The notes below the pieces were generated by a model, which did no database searches, had not been told where the DNA came from, and saw nothing but the letters and a program-made list of their open reading frames with translations. Positions 18,968 through 28,740 of a stretch of DNA of 64,000 nt are shown piece by piece. Origin of the DNA: a virus. The position numbers and the translations under genes are program-made. The stretch is from positions 12,383 through 76,382 of IMG/VR virus record IMGVR_UViG_3300015263_000962. One strand, 5' to 3'. Positions within the stretch are counted from its first letter, which is position 1, and every line of letters begins with the position of its first letter.

Positions 18968-20704
18968 TTAGCGATCCACAACCAGATCAGTTTCTTTGCC
19001 GTCTTTCATCTTGTAGCCCTTGCCACCAACTCCACCGGCTTCCTTCGGAACGTATGGATTCTGGAGATCAGGCCATGTGTCGCCAGAACTCCACGTTGAG
19101 TGGTGCTGGCCTGTGGCTTCTTTGTCCACGCCCTTTTCGCCCTTCATGGTGTAGTCACCGAATGGCTTCGGAACGTATGGGTTCTTAAGCTTCGGGAACA
19201 CGTCCCCGCCGCCGACTTGACCCCAACTGTTGTTCCGCATGGTCTTGGCGTTCTTGCCACCCTTGTAGTTGTGATTGTCCTGTCCAATGGCAGGAGCCTG
19301 ATCACCCCATTCGCCTTCATGACGGCCAGCGACGGCAGGAACCTTTGCGTTCTTAGCCATCTGCGGGTGATCGCCCGAGACTGTCAGGTGTGGCTTGTTG
19401 GAGACATTCCACTTCTCAGAAGCACCTTCAACATTGGCTTCCAGAAGCTTCTTGACCCAAGATGCAGCTTCGTGTGCAACGCCCAGATCTGGTCTGAGTT
19501 CACCATTGAGGATGTCAGCGATCTCGTTGAGATACATTGCTGCGCCTCGCTTGATGTCTGCGTTGCCGTCTGCTTCGCCGATCTTGTAGACTCTCTCCAA
19601 AGACTCATACAAGTCGGAGAATGCCTTGCGTTCCAGACCGAAACGCTGATCCAGCGATGGATAGAATTGGTGAACAACACCTTGGAAGTGGTCATAAGGA
19701 TCTTGTCCAGATTCGCACTTCGGAGCACCTGCCAGAGCCAAGATCTCTTGGACCTTTTCTCGGTAGCAGTTCTGTGCATGTCGCAGAATTCCTTCTGCCA
19801 TGAAAGCACAGTGTTGGTCGTCATAGTTCTTGACGCCGATGTTTTCGAGTGCTTCAGCAACGATGTCGGCCAGTTCGGTCTGCGTAACCATCAAAAGCTG
19901 AGGGTACGACTTTGCGATGTGGTCGAGGGCTTCTTCCAAACCTTCTTGATCAGAGAAAGCGTTCTGCTGCTTAAGCTGTGCAATCGCTGCGCAGAACTTC
20001 TGTTCGCTGGTCAATGCCGGAACCGACGAACGAACGTCATGGTTCTTAGCATTTGGAACAACCCAGTTGAAACTCTTGATGCGAGCTTCGTTGCGAGCTT
20101 CATTTGTAGGAATTCGCAGGTCTGTCACGTTGCCCTTCTCGTCTCGCTTGGCAACAGACTCAGAAAGAGCAGGACCATTACGCATGTAATCAACGTAGTC
20201 CAGCACGTTTTGAGCGGTGACATATACGTCTTTCAAACCAGCACGGTCACAAGCTTCCACAACTGCTTCTCGAAGAGTAGCTTCTTTCACTGCTTGTGCT
20301 GCTTTGGTGTTCTTCTGTGGCTTTCCTTCATTCCAGTGAACCATCTCAAGATAGTTCTTGAACAGGTTTTTGGCTTTTGCGTGGTCGTCCACCAATACGG
20401 CATCGATCATTTCAGAAAGTGCTTCTCGCATCTTGCCCTTGCGGCTGGACTCGTCGATGACGAGTTCTTCGATGTTGCTGAAGGTGACATGATCATTCTT
20501 GATTTCGTATCCGGCGTGGACGAAGGTTTTCTGTGGTGTTTGATAAACCACAGTGCTTTCATTGAAGCACTTCAGTCCCAGTTGTCCTTTGCCCAACGTC
20601 TTTGTGAGAATGTGTTCGGCTTCGACTAACTCACGCTCAGCCGTAGTAACTGATGTCTTTTCGATTTGATCGAAGGCATCTTGCTTAATGAGTTTTCGTC
20701 TCAT
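18968..20704 (-). CDS. Putative prohead core/head-associated protein
   Basis: 578 aa between portal and protease (T4 gp67/68 position); repeated P.L.NPYVPK...YxMK in C-terminus. Confidence 0.55.
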   Translation of the reverse strand: MRRKLIKQDAFDQIEKTSVTTAERELVEAEHILTKTLGKGQLGLKCFNESTVVYQTPQKTFVHAGYEIKNDHVTFSNIEELVIDESSRKGKMREALSEMIDAVLVDDHAKAKNLFKNYLEMVHWNEGKPQKNTKAAQAVKEATLREAVVEACDRAGLKDVYVTAQNVLDYVDYMRNGPALSESVAKRDEKGNVTDLRIPTNEARNEARIKSFNWVVPNAKNHDVRSSVPALTSEQKFCAAIAQLKQQNAFSDQEGLEEALDHIAKSYPQLLMVTQTELADIVAEALENIGVKNYDDQHCAFMAEGILRHAQNCYREKVQEILALAGAPKCESGQDPYDHFQGVVHQFYPSLDQRFGLERKAFSDLYESLERVYKIGEADGNADIKRGAAMYLNEIADILNGELRPDLGVAHEAASWVKKLLEANVEGASEKWNVSNKPHLTVSGDHPQMAKNAKVPAVAGRHEGEWGDQAPAIGQDNHNYKGGKNAKTMRNNSWGQVGGGDVFPKLKNPYVPKPFGDYTMKGEKGVDKEATGQHHSTWSSGDTWPDLQNPYVPKEAGGVGGKGYKMKDGKETDLVVDR

Positions 20705-20871
20705 GGTTTTTAACTCCTCGACTTCTTGTGTTTTGGCATCACTACAGCTTGTGAATTTTCGGCTATCAGGCCGAATAGGCTCGAAATCGGGGTCACACCA
20801 CCGTAAATACTCGATGCCTACTATATCTAAGTATGCAGGACGACCTGATTTTTGATAAGAAAGAGGCTCAA

Positions 20872-21228
20872 ATGTCGATGTGGACCAAGTGGAAAAAGAG
20901 AAGGGATCTTACAGAAGGTCTTGGCGAAGGTGGCAGCCCTGTAGATAGTTTCAAATTTAATACAGGGGGCGACGGACACGCCGAAGACTATGAACACATT
21001 CAGCACGAATTGTTCTCAATCGTTATGTCCAAATACCCCGATGAAACTATGCAATTTCTCGATGGAATTGCCCAACGAGGAGATGAGGAAGTCCTCAATC
21101 TTCTGAGAAAATTGCAACAGGAACCATCTATGGGTGATGAAGATGGCAACACGCCACGGAACCCACCCGAAGTTGTGCCTCCTGCCTCAGATACCGGTCA
21201 CTCTGACTTCGGCGGCGGCGAAGAATGA
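20872..21228 (+). CDS. Putative internal head protein
   Basis: MSMWTKWKKRRDLTE start; acidic. Confidence 0.5.
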   Translation: MSMWTKWKKRRDLTEGLGEGGSPVDSFKFNTGGDGHAEDYEHIQHELFSIVMSKYPDETMQFLDGIAQRGDEEVLNLLRKLQQEPSMGDEDGNTPRNPPEVVPPASDTGHSDFGGGEE

Positions 21229-21485
21229 TTACTCGGGCGCAGCCAGTGATCTCTGATCTCCATCAACGATGTTGTATCAAGAGGGCAGCCCAGCGACTCT
21301 GGCAATAACGTGTCCATCGTACACTTGGGGCAAAGAGCCGTCTCGTCATCATCGGTCCACAAATCGATGTCCTCTACCTGAATAACTTCAAGGCAGTTGT
21401 AGCAACCACAGACCTGTGATTGCAGAACTGCCTCTCTGTTTTTGAAGGCATACATCGGTGCTTTTCTAATGTATTCCTCGCTCAT
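21198..21485 (-). CDS. Cys-rich zinc-binding protein
   Basis: CGCYNC...TALCPKC; coupled to portal stop. Confidence 0.7.
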   Translation of the reverse strand: MSEEYIRKAPMYAFKNREAVLQSQVCGCYNCLEVIQVEDIDLWTDDDETALCPKCTMDTLLPESLGCPLDTTSLMEIRDHWLRPSNHSSPPPKSE

Positions 21486-24031
21486 TAAGACTCCTCTGAG
21501 TAATCAATCTCCTCGTCGTCCATTTCCTTTGCGTAGTTCTGAATCTCAAGATTGAACTTCTTGATTTCTTCCTCATCTGGCTCTGGAATCGGCGAATCCA
21601 TGTTGGTCTGAGGCGCATTACCCGCTTCTGGGGTCGCTTCCATTCCTGTGCTGTCCGCATCCATGTACTTACGCATTCCTTGTGCGCCTTCAGGTGGCGG
21701 TTGCTGTTCTTCGCCCGGCTGACCGCCCAACATTGGGTTCGGACCACCCGGCTCTGTGCTCACTTCGTCCTCGTCTGGGCCGGGCAAACCGACACCAAGC
21801 AACTGAGGATTCTGAGCAATGATTTGGAGCTTCAACTCTTCCAATTTTTGGATTTTGAGTCGGGCCAACATTTTCTTGGCTTCGTCCTCTGGATATTTCA
21901 TCCATTTTGTGAGGATGTCGAAGTCGCTCATCAGTTGTGAGCCCTTCAAGTTGGCCGCATTGTTCAATCGGTTGGTAATGACTTCCGCTCTTGTTAGTTC
22001 TCGCCAGTCAGACGGAGGCGTCATTTTGATCGTCAGATCTTCATAGATCTCTTCCGGGTATCCCAACAATCTCAGATGTCGATCACAGATCTCCCAGAAG
22101 GCATCCTCCATGTGAGACTGCAATCGCTCGATCATGCGGGCGAACTTGATATCCTGAGCCGACAAAGCAATTCGTGTGCTCTGTGTGTCTTCGTTGTTGA
22201 AGTAGTTTCTCGGGAAGTTCAAAGCCGTGAACAGCTTGTTGCGGAAGTACACAGTGTCATCGATCTCGCCGAGGTTTTGAGCACCGGGCAAAGTCTCAAC
22301 ACGGGTATTTGCATTTGGACGAATTGGAATCCAGTAATCTTCGTCTGCCGCTGGAGCGTGCCAGCGTTCCTCAACGCCAGATGCGCCCGGCAGACTTCCG
22401 CCCTTCCGGCTGCTCACCTTCTTCTTCTTGAACTGATCCTTCATACGTTCGATGAAGGCTTCAGCCTTGTTCGGCGGCAACTGGGCCACGTCGATATAGA
22501 AAACACGTCGTTCCGGTGCCCGAGTCAAACGGTACACAACCATGGCGTCTTCCATCATTCTCAACTGATGAGCAGGCCCACGAGCCGCTTCGATCAAAGA
22601 AACGCCATATGGATAGAAGGTCTTTCTGTCATCGCCGATCTTGATGTGAATAATCTGCTCTGGAGCAAACCGAATAGCTGTCGCCTGTTGAAGATCGGCT
22701 TCTGTGGCTTGAGTGACTTCAACCCGAGCCAAGCTCTGGTAGTCCGGGCCTTCCTTCGACTGTTGAAACTCAACCAGCTTGCCTTTGGTTGTTTCGATTC
22801 GGTACATGCTATCAGGCGGCAATGGCACCAGATTAAGAACGCCGTCTTTGGGGTTCTCGGTATCAATGACGATTTCATAGAAGAAGTCGCCCATTGAGAA
22901 GAGCCGTTTCGCCATATCCCACATCTTCTTCTGATCGAAGTTGAGCATCTTGCGATGGAACAACAGATATTCGAGTTCTTCTTGAATCTCGACGTTGTTA
23001 CAGTTGACGGTCATAACTCGACCATCATCGTCCTTCTGGCAGTTGTGAACGATTCCCCAATCTGTGGCGAAGTTCTGATGGCCTTCAACTGACAAGTCGT
23101 AAACATCGATCTCTCTCCATGGTTGAATGCCAATCACACGGCGATGATCCTTCTTCTTGCCGAGCCACTTGAGTTCCTTATTGGAGAAACCGGCTTTCTC
23201 GATACGCTCCCTGACTGTCCTGAAATCACTACCTGTCAACTTGTTGATCTGGCGAACCGACAACCCTTCAGTGACCATCTGGCAATAACTGTTGACCTGC
23301 TTCATCGTTTCTGAGGTCTTGCCGCTCGTCCAATCATCAACAAATTGTCGCTCATGAATCCAACCCTTGTCGTGAGTCCAGATACGGGCGAACTGATTAG
23401 TCTTCAGATTTGTAAGATCTTGCCGTGCCGAGAGTCGGTAGAATGGCATCAACTCCGATCCATGTTCTAAACGGCCAGCTTCAATCCACGTTCGATCCGC
23501 CATCAAGATTCTGTGGTCCGGTGTGCAGATGAAATAACTACCATCGTCCAGCTTCACCTTAATGGTCATGGCTTTCTTGGTCTTGCGTGGATTGAAAGCC
23601 CAGCCTAGCGTGTAGTCACGCTTATCGAAGTCGAAGCAATAGACCAAGAAGCGTTCTTCTTCGCTCTCAGCCAATTCTTGTATTGTTTTGAATCCGTGTG
23701 GCGTTGCAATTTTTGTATCGCCAGCCAAACACGCTTCGTCTGCAAAGACCGTCATCGCCATTTCGATTTCGGCCATATTTCTGAGACGTTCGTACTCTTT
23801 ATATCTGTGGACACGGTTCGTCACCGTGGACAAATCCACAAAATCGTTCGTATCTCGCAGACGGATGGCACCACTGCCACCACCCCACGATCCGTCTTGT
23901 CCCGCCCGAATATCAGGAATTGCGTCAGGTTGTGAAACGCCTGCGCCACCCATATCCCGATGACTTCTTCTGGTCAGCGGATCATCTGTGAATGCGTAAG
24001 TGAATACCTTAAAAAAGTCCCACCAAGCCAT
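21485..24031 (-). CDS. gp20: Portal protein (gp20-like) with intein
   Basis: LRMMEDAMVVYRLTRAPERRVFYIDV, EDYWIP, TLPGAQNLGEIDD..YF.NKL. Confidence 0.95.
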   Translation of the reverse strand: MAWWDFFKVFTYAFTDDPLTRRSHRDMGGAGVSQPDAIPDIRAGQDGSWGGGSGAIRLRDTNDFVDLSTVTNRVHRYKEYERLRNMAEIEMAMTVFADEACLAGDTKIATPHGFKTIQELAESEEERFLVYCFDFDKRDYTLGWAFNPRKTKKAMTIKVKLDDGSYFICTPDHRILMADRTWIEAGRLEHGSELMPFYRLSARQDLTNLKTNQFARIWTHDKGWIHERQFVDDWTSGKTSETMKQVNSYCQMVTEGLSVRQINKLTGSDFRTVRERIEKAGFSNKELKWLGKKKDHRRVIGIQPWREIDVYDLSVEGHQNFATDWGIVHNCQKDDDGRVMTVNCNNVEIQEELEYLLFHRKMLNFDQKKMWDMAKRLFSMGDFFYEIVIDTENPKDGVLNLVPLPPDSMYRIETTKGKLVEFQQSKEGPDYQSLARVEVTQATEADLQQATAIRFAPEQIIHIKIGDDRKTFYPYGVSLIEAARGPAHQLRMMEDAMVVYRLTRAPERRVFYIDVAQLPPNKAEAFIERMKDQFKKKKVSSRKGGSLPGASGVEERWHAPAADEDYWIPIRPNANTRVETLPGAQNLGEIDDTVYFRNKLFTALNFPRNYFNNEDTQSTRIALSAQDIKFARMIERLQSHMEDAFWEICDRHLRLLGYPEEIYEDLTIKMTPPSDWRELTRAEVITNRLNNAANLKGSQLMSDFDILTKWMKYPEDEAKKMLARLKIQKLEELKLQIIAQNPQLLGVGLPGPDEDEVSTEPGGPNPMLGGQPGEEQQPPPEGAQGMRKYMDADSTGMEATPEAGNAPQTNMDSPIPEPDEEEIKKFNLEIQNYAKEMDDEEIDYSEES
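23042..23731 (-). mobile_element. 230-aa intein in portal (residues 101-330)
   Basis: CLAGDTKI start, CTPDHRIL block B, VYDLSV..HQNF block F, HN followed by +1 Cys. Confidence 0.93.
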
Positions 24032-24135
24032 GTGCTCTCCTTTGGGTGATCATTACCCTAAAACTGTTACCTGTTGGTAGTTATTAGGGTCGTTGCAATT
24101 TTTGGGGCTACATTCAATAGAGTACGGAGGACACC

Positions 24136-24660
24136 ATGTCTGGAAAATCCAGATGGCTGTTCGCAGCATCTTTCCCGAAACTCGGGGAGATACCTCCCCA
24201 GTTCGTTAAGTTGATCACTCGTCCTGAGTGGTCTGAAGAAACTAAATCACCAACTCCAAACGGCAGCTTTACTACAAGTTACATAGGGTTCGTACAATCC
24301 ACCTGTCCCGATCTGTTCGAGATATTGGGCGGGTTCTATAAGTTCGGCAGCGATCTCTTCACAGAAGAAGGCAAGATGCTCGAAGAGATCGCACAATACA
24401 TGGGATCGGCCACCTTGGACTTCCAAGTTACCGTGGCTCCAAAATGCCCCAACTGTAATCACTCATTGGGTCTATTCTTTGGAAGCAGTGGCCCGCTGGA
24501 AACCATAGAGCGATGGAGCTTCTCTGGTGTCTGGCCGCACTCCGTCAATTTTGGCGAGTTGTGCTATTCCTCAAGTGAGGAGATTGATCTGGAAATCACA
24601 TGGAGATACAAGACATGTGAATACGAGCACCTGATGCTCAAGGAGAAACAGAATGTCTGA
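24136..24660 (+). CDS. Tail-tube (gp19)-like paralog 1
   Basis: ERWSFSGVWPHSVNFGELCYSSSEEIDLEITWRY resembles gp19-family C-terminus. Confidence 0.6.
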   Translation: MSGKSRWLFAASFPKLGEIPPQFVKLITRPEWSEETKSPTPNGSFTTSYIGFVQSTCPDLFEILGGFYKFGSDLFTEEGKMLEEIAQYMGSATLDFQVTVAPKCPNCNHSLGLFFGSSGPLETIERWSFSGVWPHSVNFGELCYSSSEEIDLEITWRYKTCEYEHLMLKEKQNV

Positions 24661-25411
24661 AACAACACAGTTCCCACCATGGAACACAGAAAACTATGGA
24701 TTTGATTTTGGAGATGGACTTCCCGAGAACACGAAAGAGATGCCGAAAATCTATGGCCTCAAGACGCCCGAGAAGCACAAGTTTGTTTTTACAGATGGAG
24801 TCCCCGAGCCACCCAAGAAGGGTGAAGTGATTTCCAAGCCCGGAAGCATGGGCCTTGGAAAGCTCGGCATCACCAACACAACTTTCAGAAGAAAGTGGCG
24901 TTGGAGCGTCTCAGGACAGTTCGGCGATCTGAATCTCTCAGAAAAGATCATCAAAACCCAACGTCCGCAGATTGACTCAGAAAGCGGCCTCGTTGAAGAC
25001 AAGACGTTTAAGACGCACTTCGATGAAGCCCCGAAAGATCTGATCGACATCGTGACCACCTTCATGTGGCAACATCCTGATGACCAACTCACAAGGGAAG
25101 GCATCGAGAGATGGAACAACAAGCTCGGCACACTGAAGCTGACTCTTTATGATGGCACAGCAACAGTCATGGAGACATGGGCTTTTGAGGGTGTACATGT
25201 CAAATCTGTCGAATTTGGTGAACTGGATTACTCATCTAGTGAGGAACCAATCATCGATGTTGTGTGGGGATTCAAAAAATGCACTTGGGAAACGCCTGCT
25301 TACTTTTCACCCATCTCGGGAACGACGAAAAAATCGTCGAAGTGCTTGACCGGCACCCCAACATATGTGTGTACCACACGGGAAATGAATACCATCACCC
25401 GGACGATTTAG
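24653..25411 (+). CDS. Tail-tube (gp19)-like paralog 2
   Basis: FRRKWRW, LTLYDG..VMETW.FEGV...SVEFGELDYSSSEE; shares motif with upstream ORF. Confidence 0.6.
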   Translation: MSETTQFPPWNTENYGFDFGDGLPENTKEMPKIYGLKTPEKHKFVFTDGVPEPPKKGEVISKPGSMGLGKLGITNTTFRRKWRWSVSGQFGDLNLSEKIIKTQRPQIDSESGLVEDKTFKTHFDEAPKDLIDIVTTFMWQHPDDQLTREGIERWNNKLGTLKLTLYDGTATVMETWAFEGVHVKSVEFGELDYSSSEEPIIDVVWGFKKCTWETPAYFSPISGTTKKSSKCLTGTPTYVCTTREMNTITRTI

Positions 25412-25686
25412 ACCGTCTTTTCAAACTTCCTCATAAAAGAAACAACGCAGCGGCAATTTGGGTGGACGTTCTGTACTACAACGAACAGTTCACCTGCCGT
25501 GCGTTGTGCGATTGCTGTAAGTTCATCTTCTGGATGACCGACTACGATCAAATCGATCTGCCCGAACCCGAGCTTTACTATAAGTTTCGGGTTCGTGGCA
25601 TGAGGGAGTACCACAGACGAACCAAGGGTTTGTGGAATCCGTCACTTCTTCAGGAAGATCTTATCTTTGACGCCATTCTTGGATGA
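25279..25686 (+). CDS. Hypothetical protein
   Basis: Plausible globular ORF overlapping tail of upstream gene; start uncertain. Confidence 0.45.
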   Translation: MHLGNACLLFTHLGNDEKIVEVLDRHPNICVYHTGNEYHHPDDLDRLFKLPHKRNNAAAIWVDVLYYNEQFTCRALCDCCKFIFWMTDYDQIDLPEPELYYKFRVRGMREYHRRTKGLWNPSLLQEDLIFDAILG

Positions 25687-26166
25687 GAAGACCACATAGT
25701 CTGCGGTGAACTCTTCGCCTTCCCATTTTGTTTTTCCACGATGTTTCCAACCCTTGCCCTTCTTAACGTATGCAACGGTGATGTGGGGGCGATAACTGCT
25801 GTACTTGTTGGTGTGCCTAACCTTCTCGGCCAATACCCCATTCCACTTTGTTAAGTCTTTGCTGGTCACATCAATGACCACAACATCAAACTTCATGGGA
25901 TTGGTGAAGATCTCGATCTTGTTGAGCTTCACGGTGATCGGCCCAGCGTCGGCCAGCAGATGTTCTACTTGGTTGGGGCTCTCGGAGTGGATTCCGTACA
26001 GAATGGTTGCGTGCATCTCGTCTTCCCGGCCAAATGTCGGGTCGCTCTGACTGACGAAGATGTCGTCGTCCGAGATGTTGTCTTTGCCCCATAGAATGAT
26101 CTCCTCAGCAAGTTGCGATGGCAAATCGATGTGAACCGAGGAGAAGTCGTAGTTCACATTTTTCAT
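25642..26166 (-). CDS. 2H phosphoesterase, T4 57B/Acb1-like
   Basis: GREDEMHATILYG and YRPHITVAY. Confidence 0.8.
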   Translation of the reverse strand: MKNVNYDFSSVHIDLPSQLAEEIILWGKDNISDDDIFVSQSDPTFGREDEMHATILYGIHSESPNQVEHLLADAGPITVKLNKIEIFTNPMKFDVVVIDVTSKDLTKWNGVLAEKVRHTNKYSSYRPHITVAYVKKGKGWKHRGKTKWEGEEFTADYVVFSSKNGVKDKIFLKK

Positions 26167-26177
26167 GACGTGTCTTT

Positions 26178-27197
26178 CTAAATTCTGCTCATCCCCCGAA
26201 TCGCTGGCGTCGGCTGCTGTGGTGCAGGCAGTCCTTTTTGTGCGGGAGGTCCGCTCAACAACTTCTGAGCACCGTCTGCGGCCTGTTGCAGTTGTTGTGC
26301 GATTTGAGGAGCACCGGGATTCTGGGTCTTAGCCAGAGCATCGTTCAACGCACCGAGGGCGGTGTTGAACTGTTGCAATGTCTGCATATTCGGAGTTGCT
26401 TGAGTTGCCCCCGTTGCAGGAAGTCCCGATCCTGATGTAACAGGGGTGCTTCCGGGCGTATTTACAGCAAGATGTCCTGCTGGCGGAAGCTGTTGAATTT
26501 GTTCTGTGTCTTGTGCGGCCTCTGGTGCCGCTTCTTCAGGTTGGGCCTGTTGCGGCCCGGCTGTTGTTCGACCACCCGACTGCCAAGCATTCACGAAAGC
26601 TGGTCGTCCGCCCTGATAGTTCTGATACTGATCGGCGAACTTCGCAGCGGCATTACCGGCAATACCGGCCATTTGATCTGTGAACCCACCGGGCTGTGTC
26701 AGCTTGTTCGCAGCCCAATTCACACCCATCTGTGGAACCTGTGCCAGATGGCCCGGTGTCTTGGCCGCTCCCATCAATGCTTTTTGCCACATGGGGGCGT
26801 TCTGGGGGTCATAACCCATTTGCTTCGCACCCCAGTCCACGACATTGTTCCAACCCTGCCCAGCCATAGCTGGAATTTTGGTTCCAGTCATCAGACCCAG
26901 CACGTTCCCAGCCGCATTTCCTTGCGGCTGACCTTGAGCCGGAATGTTGGGAGGAGGAATAGGGCTGTCATATTCTTCAGGCCCGAATGAGATATCGTCT
27001 CGGGCTGCTTCCCTTAGCAACTGATCCAACAATTCGTCTGTGGATTGGTAGCCGTGCTCCAGAATGACAGGCATTCCGTGCTTCTCCCAAAACTCTTGGA
27101 AAGGCACGCCTCTGTGATCCAGAACCACGGAGATGAAGTACAACTTCTGTCCAACGGTTACAGAATCACGGTGCTCTCTGTATTCATTGAAGTTCAT
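26178..27197 (-). CDS. Putative internal head protein (Q/P/A/G-rich)
   Basis: MNFNEY start; N-domain paralogous to 27194-28183. Confidence 0.65.
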   Translation of the reverse strand: MNFNEYREHRDSVTVGQKLYFISVVLDHRGVPFQEFWEKHGMPVILEHGYQSTDELLDQLLREAARDDISFGPEEYDSPIPPPNIPAQGQPQGNAAGNVLGLMTGTKIPAMAGQGWNNVVDWGAKQMGYDPQNAPMWQKALMGAAKTPGHLAQVPQMGVNWAANKLTQPGGFTDQMAGIAGNAAAKFADQYQNYQGGRPAFVNAWQSGGRTTAGPQQAQPEEAAPEAAQDTEQIQQLPPAGHLAVNTPGSTPVTSGSGLPATGATQATPNMQTLQQFNTALGALNDALAKTQNPGAPQIAQQLQQAADGAQKLLSGPPAQKGLPAPQQPTPAIRGMSRI

Positions 27198-28183
27198 TGA
27201 TCTCCCATGTATCCTTGTTGACCAGTGGCCTTCATCACATCACGGAGAGGGGTCTTAGGATTCCTCTGCCAATTTCGAAGAGCCGAAGGTGTGATATTGC
27301 CGAGGGCATCGCCCTTCTGTGGGTTGCCTTGGCGACCCAACTGACGAATAGTTTCAGTGCCTTCTTCGCCCGGCTGCCAACCCATTCGATTTGCATGTGC
27401 GCCAACACGCTTGAGGGCGTTGGCTTTGTTGCCGCCAACGATTCCCTTTTCAGCATCACCCACTCGTTGTTGAGCGGCTGCCGCTTGATCTGGAGTTCCG
27501 CCGTAAGCGTCCTTCCCAGCCAAACCGCCATTGACGACGCCTCGCTGTTGTCTTTCAGCTTCGGCTCTCGCCAGTTCGCCTCTTCTGAGACCGCCTTGAT
27601 GTTGCTGATAGGCGTTTTGGTAATCCTGTCTGTATTCTGGGCCACCTTCTCCTGCTCGACTGACTTTCGGCATCCAGTTCTGAAGCCATCTGTTGGCAGA
27701 ATTTGAGAGCAACTCAGCCGCCTTCCAAGCGTGATGTTGGTTGGGGCTGTTCATAGCCAATCGCTGAGCATCTTTGGTGAACTCGGAGATCTTCTTGGCA
27801 AACAGTTGCTTGATAGGCCCAACGATGTTTTGAGCCTTCTGTCTCATTGCGTCTGAGGCAGGGGCGGGGCCAGTTGGCCTCTGTTGCATTGTGGAAGGGG
27901 CAGGAGTGCCCTGATCGTCGCCGCCCACATTGCCAGCGGGGCTTGAGCCACGATTCATCAGGTTGTTCCAACCGTTTCGGATTCCTTGAAGAAAACCAAA
28001 CTCCATGAGATCCAATGTCTCTTCTGGGGTTTGGGAAGCTCCCTCTATCAAAACGGGCATGGCGGTTTCCAGCCAGAAATCGTCGAATCCTTTTCCTGAA
28101 AACGCAATTGTTTCGCACAAGGAATCGAACTTCTTGAAGAGTTCGATGTCGTCCCGGCGTGATTTGTACTCTGAGAATTTCAT
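27194..28183 (-). CDS. Putative internal head protein
   Basis: MKFSEY start; TAAATA at 28210-28215 (minus strand). Confidence 0.65.
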   Translation of the reverse strand: MKFSEYKSRRDDIELFKKFDSLCETIAFSGKGFDDFWLETAMPVLIEGASQTPEETLDLMEFGFLQGIRNGWNNLMNRGSSPAGNVGGDDQGTPAPSTMQQRPTGPAPASDAMRQKAQNIVGPIKQLFAKKISEFTKDAQRLAMNSPNQHHAWKAAELLSNSANRWLQNWMPKVSRAGEGGPEYRQDYQNAYQQHQGGLRRGELARAEAERQQRGVVNGGLAGKDAYGGTPDQAAAAQQRVGDAEKGIVGGNKANALKRVGAHANRMGWQPGEEGTETIRQLGRQGNPQKGDALGNITPSALRNWQRNPKTPLRDVMKATGQQGYMGDQ

Positions 28184-28234
28184 ATGTTTTGTCCCCCGGC
28201 CATTTCGACTATTTAGACGAGAGACATGAAATTC

Positions 28235-28606
28235 TTAACCATTCAGGAGTTGATCGTTCGGAGGATTGTCTGACTGCTGGTCAAGCTCATCCAACTTGTT
28301 CTGTTCGACGGCAATCATGGAATTCAGTTGAGCGAGGGATCGATTACGAGCCTCTTCCGAAAATGGCGTATGAGAAGCCATTGCCGTGCCGCTCTGGACG
28401 TTTCCCCACCATGTCTCGAACTGCGATCCCGTGAGGGCTCTTTTCCGGGTCTGGGTCTTCTGAGCTTTATCAAGCTTGTTCATAGCTTGCTTGATGTGAC
28501 CACGAGCCTCCATCACAGCCGGATTGTGAGGCATCGAATTCAATGCCGTTGATAGTGCTTGTTGCAGAAGACTCTGGGCCTTCTGGAGTTGATCTTCTTT
28601 TTTCAT
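28235..28606 (-). CDS. Helical hypothetical protein
   Basis: AAGGA RBS before MKKEDQ. Confidence 0.6.
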   Translation of the reverse strand: MKKEDQLQKAQSLLQQALSTALNSMPHNPAVMEARGHIKQAMNKLDKAQKTQTRKRALTGSQFETWWGNVQSGTAMASHTPFSEEARNRSLAQLNSMIAVEQNKLDELDQQSDNPPNDQLLNG

Positions 28607-28740
28607 GTGTTTCCTTGTACCACTTCTCGGCGCACGCATAGGAGCAGCCGCCCTTACACGATTTAGTGTGAACCACTTCAATTTTGTACCGAGGAGGGCC
28701 GGGGCGACAGGGGATGTTGACATCCTCATCGCACCAAACC

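Noticed and set aside
16085-20629. Long plus-strand ORFs (396 aa and 509 aa)
   Set aside because: Antisense shadows of MCP and the putative core gene
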